Below are positions 1 to 8,053 of a DNA stretch of 33,192 bases, piece by piece. The stretch is from Desulfobacterales bacterium. GTDB lineage: Bacteria; Desulfobacterota; Desulfobacteria; Desulfobacterales; SpSt-501. Made by a program: the position numbers and the translations under genes. Location of the stretch: positions 1 to 33,192 of the forward strand of contig JALOOS010000005.1 of assembly GCA_025454275.1 (NCBI GenBank), given 5' to 3'. The notes beneath the pieces were generated by a model that saw nothing but the letters and a program-made list of their open reading frames with translations, was not told where the DNA came from and made no database searches. Position 1 is the first letter of the stretch, and each line of letters starts with the position of its first letter.

Positions 1-2240
1 TTGGCGTAGATGACCTTGCTGTCGCCGGGCGCGTAGAAATCCTCGAGCACCGATGCCGTGCGAAATCCCGTGCGCTCATAGAAGGCGCGGGTGCTGGCAT
101 ACTGCGGCCGGCCCGAAGTATCCGCGTAGAGCGTTGCCCCTCCCGCCTGACGGATCAACCGCTCCACCTCCATGAGGATCATTCGCCCGAGGCCCTTGCC
201 CTGGTTGTCGGGGGCCACCACGATCCAATAGAGGTCGAAGGCCGAGACCGTCATGGGCACCGGCCCATAGCAGGCATAGCCAGTCGTCTGGCCGTTCCGC
301 TCCATGAAGACGAAATGGTACCCGCTGGCCGCTCCCTTGGCGATACGCTCCAGCACAAGCTCTTCGGCGACGATCACCTCGGCGCGGCTGAAGAAGCCGG
401 TGGCCTCCGCCAGGCGACGCACGCGCTGGGGGTCCTGGGGCTCCACGTGGTGCCGGAGCCGGTAGGTCGCAACGGCCGGCGGCGCCGCCCGGCGGCGCGG
501 CGCGGCGGCGCAATGCGCGGCGGAGAGGCCCTCGAAAAAGGCGCGGGCGTTCATTCCCAGCGTGCGCGTCCGGTAGCCTCCCTCCTGCACGACCAGAACG
601 GGGATGCCGAGCTCCCCGATCATCCGCCCGTTGTGGCGGAAATCGGTGCGGGTCAGCGTCCAGGTGCCGGTAGGGTCTCCTTTGGCGGCATCCAGTCCGA
701 GCGCCACGACCAGGAAATCGGGGTCGAAATTCGCGATGCGCCGCAGGGCCGTCGCCAGCGCCTTGCGATAGCGTTCGCCGTCGATCGCCTCCGGCAGGGG
801 CAGGTTCAGGTTGAAACCGGCGCCCTCGCCGCTGCCGATCTCGTCGCGGAAGCCTGAGAAATAGGGGTAGGCGAAACTCGGGTCCCCGTGGATCGAGACC
901 GTCAGGACGTCCGGGCGGTCGTAGAAAATCTCCTGTTGGCCGTTGCCGTGGTGGTAGTCGATGTCGAGAATGGCCACCCGACCCTGCCGGCGCAGGAATT
1001 GGGCGGCGATGGCCGTGTTGTTGAAATAACAAAACCCGCCGAAGGCGCGCCGCTCGGCGTGGTGACCCGGCGGCCGCACGAGGGCGTAGGCCATCCGCCG
1101 CCCGTGGATGAGCTCCTGGGCGGCGGTGAGGGTGCAGTTCACGGCGCCGCGCGCGGCGGCATAGGCGTGGCGGGTAATCGGGGTGAAGGTGTCGATGCAG
1201 AAGTAGCCGGCCAGCACCGAACGGTCTTTCGGGGGGCGGGCCTTGTTGCGGATCGGAAAGACGTAGGGATAGATGGGGTCGTCCTCCTGGATCTCGGCGC
1301 AGGTCCGGCGGAGGAAGTTCACGAAATCGGCATCGTGCACGCTGAGCAGGAGTTTTTCCGGGAAAACCGCGGCCGGAAGGATGTCGAACAGAGGGCCGGC
1401 GGCTATTTCCGACAGAATGCTGCGCACCCGCGCCGGGGCTTCGACGTAGCCGCGCTCGTGTACGTGGTGAATCGCATGCTGGTCGTGAAATACAAGGACG
1501 ATCTTTTCGCAGGGGGTGCCGGCGAGGGCCGGGGCCACCGAGGCAGGCGTGAGGTAGCGGAACTCGCGGAGCCGGACCGGGTCCTCCGTAATGGAGGCGA
1601 CCACCTTCTCCACATATTCCGGGGGAACGGCGCCGGCGTACTTGCGCTCCAGGATCGTGCGGGCCACCGCGCGCATGAAGTCACGCCCCGGCCGTTCGGT
1701 CCGGTCCAGCCCGTCGAACATCAGGTAGGGCATGCAGGTCTGGCCGGCCTTGTACGGGGTCTCGTAGGCCGTGCCGATGATCGGGCGCGCCCCGTAGCGC
1801 TCGTAGAACCTCAGCCGCGCCCGGTTGTCGGGGAGAAGCGCCTCCTGAGGGCAGAGGGCCGAATCATCCGGCAGGCATTCGAAAAAGAGGGCCTGGGCGC
1901 CGGAGGCCGCGGCCTCCTGGCGCACCCGTTCGTAGAGCGCACCGCCCACTCCGCCGCTGGCCCGGCCGACCCGGGTGGCGATCCAGTCGAGGTAGCAGAA
2001 GCGGATGCGGGGCTCGTGCAGGAGAACGGCAAATCCCAATACGCGCCGGCGGCCGTCCTCCGCCACCGAAAGGGTGGTGCGGAACCGTTTCAGAAAAGGG
2101 TCGTGGAGATGGCGGCCGAGCTGGTCGATTTCGGCCGCGGGGACGGCCGCGAAGCGGCTGCGCATGATCGCCTTCACCTGCTCCAGCGCGGCCCGGTTGA
2201 CCGGCAGCACCTCGTCGTAAACGCGGCGGATGCGGAACAT
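1..2240 (-). CDS. GNAT acetyltransferase - Zn-dependent deacetylase (HDAC/acetylpolyamine amidohydrolase family) - GNAT acetyltransferase three-domain fusion; 3' end lies beyond the window
   Basis: Missing from the ORF track because it has no stop in the window. Hand translation from ATG 2240 (MFRIRRVYDEVLP) is stop-free to base 1 (>746 aa). N-terminal GNAT-like part: CYLDWIAT..GGVGGALYER..RLRFYERYGA. Deacetylase motifs: RPPGHHA, GGFCYFNN, LDIDYHHGNG, GLDAAKGD, VQEGGY. C-terminal GNAT: FDLYWIVVAPDNQGKGLGR, TRAFYERTGF. Confidence 0.9.
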   Translation of the reverse strand, partial: MFRIRRVYDEVLPVNRAALEQVKAIMRSRFAAVPAAEIDQLGRHLHDPFLKRFRTTLSVAEDGRRRVLGFAVLLHEPRIRFCYLDWIATRVGRASGGVGGALYERVRQEAAASGAQALFFECLPDDSALCPQEALLPDNRARLRFYERYGARPIIGTAYETPYKAGQTCMPYLMFDGLDRTERPGRDFMRAVARTILERKYAGAVPPEYVEKVVASITEDPVRLREFRYLTPASVAPALAGTPCEKIVLVFHDQHAIHHVHERGYVEAPARVRSILSEIAAGPLFDILPAAVFPEKLLLSVHDADFVNFLRRTCAEIQEDDPIYPYVFPIRNKARPPKDRSVLAGYFCIDTFTPITRHAYAAARGAVNCTLTAAQELIHGRRMAYALVRPPGHHAERRAFGGFCYFNNTAIAAQFLRRQGRVAILDIDYHHGNGQQEIFYDRPDVLTVSIHGDPSFAYPYFSGFRDEIGSGEGAGFNLNLPLPEAIDGERYRKALATALRRIANFDPDFLVVALGLDAAKGDPTGTWTLTRTDFRHNGRMIGELGIPVLVVQEGGYRTRTLGMNARAFFEGLSAAHCAAAPRRRAAPPAVATYRLRHHVEPQDPQRVRRLAEATGFFSRAEVIVAEELVLERIAKGAASGYHFVFMERNGQTTGYACYGPVPMTVSAFDLYWIVVAPDNQGKGLGRMILMEVERLIRQAGGATLYADTSGRPQYASTRAFYERTGFRTASVLEDFYAPGDSKVIYA

Positions 2241-2243
2241 GAC

Positions 2244-3254
2244 TCACCCCCCCTTGCGCCCGGCCGCAGCGATAATGCGCGCCACGGCCGTCTGGAAGGG
2301 AATGCCGGCTGTTTCCAGTGCGGCCGCAAAACCGGCATCAGGCGAAAGGCAGGGGTTGGCGTTGATCTCGAGGATCCAGGGCTCTTCCCCGCCATCGACC
2401 CGGAAATCGACCCGGGCGTAGCCGTTCAATCCGAAGAGCTTCCAGCAGCTCAGGGCCAGGGCTCCCAGCCGCTCCAGCAGGGCGGCATCCTGCCGCGGAA
2501 ACTCGAACCGGCGAGGGGTGTGGCTGAATTCGAAGGAGTCCGGATCCCACTTGGCGCGGTAGCCGACGATGCGCGGCCGGTTTTCGGGATAGCCTTCGAA
2601 GAGAATTTCCGCCGGGGGCAGGAGTTGCGGGCCTTGGGGCGCGGCCAGCAGCGACAGGTTGAACTCCCGGCCGGCGATGAAGCACTCGGCGAAACAGGCG
2701 CCGCCGAGGCGCGGGGCCCTTTCCGGGAGCGCCGCCGCGGCTTCGGTCGCGTTCTGCATGAGCGTGAGATCCGTTTCGTCGAGACCGATCGAGGCATGCT
2801 CCCACACCGATTTGACGATCCATTGCGCACCCGGCGGCGTCTCCGGGGGGGCGGCCAGGTCCGGGGCGTCTGCCGGGAAAGGGCCGATCCAGGCCGGTGT
2901 CGGCAGGCGGGCCGCGGAGAGAAGCTGCTTGGCGAGGATCTTGTGGGAGGTGAGGGCGACGGCCTCCGCCGGAGCCCCGGTGTAGGGCAGGCCGAGGGCA
3001 TCCAGGAGGCCGGGAACCAGGTGGATCAGGCGCCCCGTGCGGTCCAGGGATTCCACCAGGTTGAACACGCAATCGGGCGCAAGCTCAGCCAGGCGCCTCT
3101 TCGCCAGGGCCAAATCCAGGCTGCAGGGCAGGGGGACAGCCGTATGGCCGAGCGCGTGCAGGGCGGCCGCTACCGCGTCGACCTGAACCTCGACATCGCG
3201 TGCATCGGGTGCCTCATGGTCATCGACGGCATTGTGGGCGATGACTACGCGCAT
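2244..3254 (-). CDS. D-Ala-D-Ala-ligase-like ATP-grasp amide ligase (paralogue B)
   Basis: 336 aa. Motifs VFNLVES, LPYTGA, WIVKSVWEHASIG, ECFIAGREF, GYARVDFR, LEINANP. Lacks the GGxSxE N-terminal motif of cell-wall Ddl. Overlaps the upstream gene by 10 nt. Confidence 0.85.
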   Translation of the reverse strand: MRVVIAHNAVDDHEAPDARDVEVQVDAVAAALHALGHTAVPLPCSLDLALAKRRLAELAPDCVFNLVESLDRTGRLIHLVPGLLDALGLPYTGAPAEAVALTSHKILAKQLLSAARLPTPAWIGPFPADAPDLAAPPETPPGAQWIVKSVWEHASIGLDETDLTLMQNATEAAAALPERAPRLGGACFAECFIAGREFNLSLLAAPQGPQLLPPAEILFEGYPENRPRIVGYRAKWDPDSFEFSHTPRRFEFPRQDAALLERLGALALSCWKLFGLNGYARVDFRVDGGEEPWILEINANPCLSPDAGFAAALETAGIPFQTAVARIIAAAGRKGG

Positions 3255-4258
3255 GGCCGCGCGCGCGCAGCGGGCACGGGGATCCGCATCCCGGCGGAGG
3301 CAAGGATCCGGGCGATCAGCTGGTCGAAGGAGATGCCGGCCAGGCCGCAGATGATCGGCAGATCGGAGTGTTCGGGATGCAGCCCGGCGAGCGGGTTCAC
3401 TTCCATGAACTGCGGCCGGCCGCGCCGGTCGCAGCGCAGGTCGAGCCGGCCGGCGTCCCGGCAGCCGAGGACCCGCCAGGCGTTCAGGGCGATCGCTTCG
3501 ACCTCGGCTACCAGCGGGTCCTCTTCCGGGCGCAGGAGCCGGTAGCGCACCAGCTCCTCGGAGTTCTCCTTGTTGTGATAGGAATAGACCTGCTGCTCGG
3601 CGGCCGCTAGAAGCAGCACTTCCATCGTCCCCAGGACCTCCGCTCGCGGCCCGGTGCCGATCACGGCGGTCGTGAACTCCCGGCCGGGCAGAAACCGCTC
3701 CACGAGCACCGGCTGCCCGTAGGCGGCGAGCAGGGCGCCGCAGGCCGGCGGCAGGGCACGCCGGGAGCGGACGATGGAGCTGGCGGAGACGCCCTTGCCG
3801 GTGCCCTCCGCCACGGGCTTGATGAAGTAGGGCGGCCCGAAGCGGATCTCCGCCGCCGCCTCCGGCGAGGCCGCGACGCCGAAATCGCAGGTGGGGATCC
3901 GGGCGTCGCGGATCACGTGCTTGGTCATGCCCTTGTGCAGGGTGAGGCTCATGACCAGCGGGTCTGAAAAGGTATACGGGATTCGGTAGGCGTCGAGAAG
4001 CGCGGGAACCTGGGCTTCGCGGCCGATCCCGGTCAACCCTTCGGCAATGTTGAACACGAGGTCCCAGCGGCCGCCCGCCGCCAGGCGCTCCACCAGCTGT
4101 TGGACGTTTCCGATCCGGTCGGTCTCGTGGCCCAACCGGCGGAGCGCCGCCTCGATGGCCGCAATCGTCTCCTCGCGGTCGAACTCGGCCGTTTCGTCTT
4201 CCGAGTACCCCCGCGCCAGGTACTCGCTCCTCAGATCGTATGTCAGGCCGATCCGCAT
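3245..4258 (-). CDS. D-Ala-D-Ala-ligase-like ATP-grasp amide ligase (paralogue A)
   Basis: 337 aa. Motifs VFNIAEG, IPYTFSD, FIKPVAEGTGKG, ERFLPGREF, AGRLDLR, MEVNPLAG. No GGxSxE motif. Confidence 0.85.
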   Translation of the reverse strand: MRIGLTYDLRSEYLARGYSEDETAEFDREETIAAIEAALRRLGHETDRIGNVQQLVERLAAGGRWDLVFNIAEGLTGIGREAQVPALLDAYRIPYTFSDPLVMSLTLHKGMTKHVIRDARIPTCDFGVAASPEAAAEIRFGPPYFIKPVAEGTGKGVSASSIVRSRRALPPACGALLAAYGQPVLVERFLPGREFTTAVIGTGPRAEVLGTMEVLLLAAAEQQVYSYHNKENSEELVRYRLLRPEEDPLVAEVEAIALNAWRVLGCRDAGRLDLRCDRRGRPQFMEVNPLAGLHPEHSDLPIICGLAGISFDQLIARILASAGMRIPVPAARARPCA

Positions 4259-4274
4259 GCGGGCGCGTTCCGTG

Positions 4275-5600
4275 TCAGGAACCGATCACGTCCGGGTAGC
4301 GGTACTGACGGTCGCAGTAGTTGCGCAGCAGCAGCATGTCCCCCTCGCGTCCCTCCACGTAGTTCGGCATCAGCGGGATTTTACCGCCGCCGCCGGGGGC
4401 GTCGATCACATAGGTGGGCACGGCGTAGCCGCTGGTGTGGCCCCGCAGGCCGCGGATGATGTCGAGGCCGGATTCGACCGCCGTGCGGAAATGGCTCGAC
4501 CCGGTGATCGGGTCGCACTGGTAGATGTAGTACGGCCGCACCCGCATGCGCAGCAGCTGGTGACAGAGCGCGGTCATGGTGGCGACGTTGTCATTGATCC
4601 CCTTGAGCAGCACGGTCTGGGAGCCCAAGGGGATGCCCGCGTTTGCCAGCCGCTCGCAGGCGCGGGTCGCCTCCGGCGTACACTCGGAGGGGTGGGTGAA
4701 ATGCAGGCTCATCCACAGGGGATGGTAGCGCCGCAGCACGCGGACAAGATTCGGGGTGATGCGCTGGGGCAGCACGGCCGGGACCTTGGTGCCGATCCTG
4801 AGAATTTCCACATGCGGGATCGCCCGCAACTGGGAGAGCAGCCACCCGATGCGCTCATCGTTCAAGGTCAGGGGGTCGCCGCCGGAGATCAGGACGTCCC
4901 GCACCGCAGGTGTTGAGCGGATATACTCGATGGCGCGCTCCAACCGCGAACGGCTGGGGTAGATGGCGCCGTGGCCCACCACGCGGGAGCGCGTACAGTA
5001 GCGGCAATAGGTCGAGCAGAAATCCAGCACCAGCAGCAGGACCCGGTCCGGGTAGCGGTGTACCAGGCCGGGGACCGGGCTCATGGAGTCTTCGCCCAGG
5101 GGGTCGTCGGCCTCCTCCGGCGTGGTGATGAACTCGGCTGCCGTGGGCACCACCGTCCGGCGCAGCGCCTCCTGCGGGTCGTCCCGGGAGACCAGGCTCA
5201 TGAAGTAGGGCGTAATGCCGACCGGCAGCCGGGACTGGATTTTCTCGACCGCCGCGCGCTCCGGTTCGGAGAGGTTCAACATGCGCTCCAACTGATCCAT
5301 GTGACGGATCCGGTGGCGGATCTGCCACTGCCAGTCATTCCACTCTTTGTCGGTTACAGCGGGGAAAAAGGTGCGGCGAAACGCGGCCGTCTTGGGGTTC
5401 GAGGCGGGGCGTGACCGGGAGGCCGGAAAGACCGAAACCTTCCCTCTTAAACGCGGCGTGATGTCGGGTAATGGGACAACGTTTTGAAGACAGGCTGCAG
5501 AACCGGGAGGTTCGTCCTCGTTTTCACCTGCCAGCTCCCCGCCTGACCCCGGCACGGAGGCGCTGACAGGTTGCTGAAAACTCGCCGCATCTGGTTTCAT
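4275..5600 (-). CDS. kamA: KamA-family radical SAM/PLP 2,3-aminomutase (lysine 2,3-aminomutase-like)
   Basis: Radical-SAM motif CSTYCRYC, plus LVHRYPDR, SGGDPL, YIYQCD and the PLP-lysine motif DAPGGGGKIP. Start placed at ATG 5600 behind AAAGGAG (441 aa); the ORF-track start at 5741 lacks an RBS. Confidence 0.9.
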   Translation of the reverse strand: MKPDAASFQQPVSASVPGSGGELAGENEDEPPGSAACLQNVVPLPDITPRLRGKVSVFPASRSRPASNPKTAAFRRTFFPAVTDKEWNDWQWQIRHRIRHMDQLERMLNLSEPERAAVEKIQSRLPVGITPYFMSLVSRDDPQEALRRTVVPTAAEFITTPEEADDPLGEDSMSPVPGLVHRYPDRVLLLVLDFCSTYCRYCTRSRVVGHGAIYPSRSRLERAIEYIRSTPAVRDVLISGGDPLTLNDERIGWLLSQLRAIPHVEILRIGTKVPAVLPQRITPNLVRVLRRYHPLWMSLHFTHPSECTPEATRACERLANAGIPLGSQTVLLKGINDNVATMTALCHQLLRMRVRPYYIYQCDPITGSSHFRTAVESGLDIIRGLRGHTSGYAVPTYVIDAPGGGGKIPLMPNYVEGREGDMLLLRNYCDRQYRYPDVIGS

Positions 5601-5613
5601 GGGTTGATTTGAT

Positions 5614-5675
5614 CTCCTTTCTGTTTCGCAATGGTTCCCATTGCCGATTTGCTTGAATTCACATACATAAAGGAG
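5614..5675 (-). promoter_or_regulatory. Candidate RBS-sequestering structure in the kamA 5' leader
   Basis: On the minus strand CTCCTTTATGT (5675-5665) can pair at 10 of 11 positions with ACAGAAAGGAG (5624-5614), which contains the SD. The pairing encloses a perfect 7-bp hairpin GCAATGG-GAA-CCATTGC (5644-5628). Confidence 0.4.
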
Positions 5676-5789
5676 TATGCTGGTTCCATCGGTGATGCTT
5701 TTTACGACGGAGGTGGTTCTGCCGGCCCCGCTGTGCGGCATTACCTGAGAATCAGCCCTTTACCCCCTCGATATGGTATTTTGGCGGCG

Positions 5790-5818
5790 AACCTAATACA
5801 AAATAAAGTGCATGTCAA
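5790..5818 (-). promoter_or_regulatory. Putative sigma70 promoter of the kamA operon
   Basis: TTGACA-17 nt-TAGGTT in an AT-rich intergenic stretch. Confidence 0.55.
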
Positions 5819-6064
5819 CAAAATATTCGCCCGGCCGGGTTTCGCTCTGCAGGCGATTGAAAGTGATTATACAATAAAATTCCGATGATTACAACATATT
5901 CCGGAGCTCCTTGCAGGGAGCCCCCGCACGCGTTTCATCATAATAACCATATGATATGATTAAAAGTGTTTTACGGCCCACGGCGTGCACATTATCGGCC
6001 GGTTTCTGTGAAACTTGAGTTTCAATCATCAGCTCCAACCTTTTGCGGAGAAAGGAGGTCGGTG

Positions 6065-6382
6065 ATGCCTCGACCACCGAAACGAACGAAAAAGAGAGCC
6101 CCTTCACGGCGCCGGATCGAATTCGTCCTGGACAGCCCTCAGGCGAAACAGGTGATACTGATGGGGGATTTCAACCAGTGGGATCCCAAGGTCCACCCGA
6201 TGAAAAAAGACTCCGGCGGCCTTTGGCGCCGGCGGGTGATGATCCATCCCGGGCGCTATGAGTATCGTTTCTGGGTGGATGGGGAGTGGGTCAACGATCC
6301 TCAGAATCCCGAGCGCTGTCCCAACTGCTTCGGCAGCGAAAACAACCTCATCACCGTGACGGATCGAACCGCGCCCGCCTGA
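6065..6382 (+). CDS. Stand-alone glycogen-binding (CBM48/AMPK-beta-like early-set) domain protein
   Basis: AAAGGAGG precedes ATG 6065 (105 aa). Motifs AKQVILMGDFNQW, GRYEYRFWVDGEWVNDP, FGSENN; basic N-terminus. Confidence 0.85.
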   Translation: MPRPPKRTKKRAPSRRRIEFVLDSPQAKQVILMGDFNQWDPKVHPMKKDSGGLWRRRVMIHPGRYEYRFWVDGEWVNDPQNPERCPNCFGSENNLITVTDRTAPA

Positions 6383-6451
6383 GGCGTTGCGCCCGGGAAC
6401 GGAAGCGGCTCGCGCAGACGAGTCACCGCGCGGAGCAGGTCTGCAGCGGAG

Positions 6452-7108
6452 ATGCGCATGTTCAACTTCCTCTTCAAAAAGGAAAAGCAGCTCGAGTCCC
6501 TGATTTACCAGTATCTCGACCATTTCGGCCAAACCCGGGAGCACTTCCTCAAGGCCATGGACACCTGCCTGAACGAAGGCATCTGCGGCGAGTTCGTCTT
6601 CCTGACCGATCAGACCCACAAGTTCGAATCCAAGGCGGATGAGATCCGCGACGAGATCAACTACATGATGTACAGCCGCGCGCTGATCCCTGAATCGCGC
6701 GAGGACATCATGAGCCTGATCGAGCAGGTGGAGGTCATCCCGCGCATTTTCGAGCTGATTCTGCACATCATTCGCACCCAGAAGCTGAAGATCCCCGAGT
6801 TCGTGGTGCTCGAGGTGAAGGACCTGCTCCGCATTTCCGCGGAGAGCTGCGAACTGGTGAGCAAACAGATCGACCTGCTGCTCAGGAACCGCCAGGGCAT
6901 CCGGGTGCTGCTGGCCACCATCGACGGCAACGAAAGCCACTGCGATCACATCGAGCGCAGCCTGATGACGAAGATCTTCGACTCCGATCTAGAGATCGTG
7001 CACAAGCTCCAACTCAAGGAGTTGATCGTGGCGATGGGCGAGATTTCCGACCAGGCCGACCGGGTCTCGCGGCGGGTGAATATTCTCACCCTCAAGAGGC
7101 GGGTCTGA
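6452..7108 (+). CDS. DUF47 family (PhoU-like) phosphate transport accessory protein
   Basis: 218 aa, helical. Repeated ESKADEI / ESHCDHI motifs and EISDQAD. Stop overlaps the start of the PiT gene (TGATG). Confidence 0.85.
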   Translation: MRMFNFLFKKEKQLESLIYQYLDHFGQTREHFLKAMDTCLNEGICGEFVFLTDQTHKFESKADEIRDEINYMMYSRALIPESREDIMSLIEQVEVIPRIFELILHIIRTQKLKIPEFVVLEVKDLLRISAESCELVSKQIDLLLRNRQGIRVLLATIDGNESHCDHIERSLMTKIFDSDLEIVHKLQLKELIVAMGEISDQADRVSRRVNILTLKRRV

Positions 7109-8049
7109 TGCTGCCGCTGTTGGGGGGGGTGTTCCTGGGCTGGTCCCTGGGGGCCAACGACGCGGCCAACTGCTTCGGCTCGGCGGTGGCCTCCCGCATG
7201 GTCAAGTTCCGGACGGCGGCTGCGCTGTGCGCGCTCTTCGTGGTGGTCGGTGCGGTGTTGCAGGGCCGCGCGGGCATCGAGACGCTCAAGGAGCTGACGG
7301 GGGTCAACCTGGAGCAAGCCGTGGTGATTACGGTGGCCGCCGCCCTGACCGTAAGCATCATGACCATAACCGGCCTGCCGGCCTCGACCTCCCAGGCCGC
7401 GGTGGGGGCGATTTTGGGGATCGGCTTCTTCAACCAGGACCTGAACCTCGCGGGGCTGGGCAAGGTGGTGGCCTGCTGGTTCGGCACCCCGGTCGGGGCC
7501 GTGCTGGCCGCCCTGGCGCTCCACCAGCTGCTCGGTGCGGTCTACAACCGGCTGCCGATCACCCTTTTTCAGAGCGACATGCTGCTCCGGGCCGGGCTCA
7601 TCACCGCTGGCGCCTACGCCTCCTACGCCCTGGGGGCGAACAACGTGGCCAATGCCACCGCGGTCTTCGTCGGGGCGGAAATGCTCTCGGTCTCCGCGGC
7701 CGCGCTGATCGGCGGGCTGAGCATCGCTTTCGGCGTGCTCACTTACAGCCGCGGGGTCATGGAGACCGTGGGGCGCAAACTGGTCCGGCTGGACCCCTTC
7801 TCAGCGCTGGTGGTGGTTCTGGCCGGAGGGGTGACGGTGCACTTCTATACGCTCATGGGGGTGCCGGTCTCCACCTCCCAGGCGGTGATCGGCGCGGTGC
7901 TCGGCATCGGTATCATCAAGGGGGTGCAGACCATCCGGCGCGCGACGCTCTACGGGATCCTGGCGGGCTGGTTTCTGACGCCGCCGGTCGCCTGCTTCAT
8001 CGCCATGTGCATTTACTTCGCGATGCACCTGCAGTACGTCCCGCGCTGA
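7108..8049 (+). CDS. pit: PiT family inorganic phosphate transporter
   Basis: Twin signatures GANDAAN and GANNVAN, PASTSQ/PVSTSQ, many hydrophobic helices. Confidence 0.9.
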   Translation: MLPLLGGVFLGWSLGANDAANCFGSAVASRMVKFRTAAALCALFVVVGAVLQGRAGIETLKELTGVNLEQAVVITVAAALTVSIMTITGLPASTSQAAVGAILGIGFFNQDLNLAGLGKVVACWFGTPVGAVLAALALHQLLGAVYNRLPITLFQSDMLLRAGLITAGAYASYALGANNVANATAVFVGAEMLSVSAAALIGGLSIAFGVLTYSRGVMETVGRKLVRLDPFSALVVVLAGGVTVHFYTLMGVPVSTSQAVIGAVLGIGIIKGVQTIRRATLYGILAGWFLTPPVACFIAMCIYFAMHLQYVPR

Positions 8050-8053
8050 CGAC

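Noticed and set aside
76-1032. 318-aa minus-strand ORF in the track
   Set aside because: It is an alternative frame of the GNAT-deacetylase-GNAT gene, with Arg/Pro/Gly-rich composition typical of off-frame translation.
888-3545. Long ORFs antisense to real genes (885 aa here; also 8102..10438, 17138..18925, 23919..26276, 30759..32273)
   Set aside because: These are shadow frames expected from high-GC codon bias. They carry no recognisable motifs, and the opposite strand holds clear genes.
2244-4258. Calling the two ligases ddl or van-type resistance ligases
   Set aside because: They lack the GGxSxE motif and have no mur or van context.
5690-5770. Resemblance of the kamA leader to a c-di-AMP (ydaO) or lysine riboswitch
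   Set aside because: Only short word matches (GCTGA, GAACCA); the conserved cores were not found by eye.
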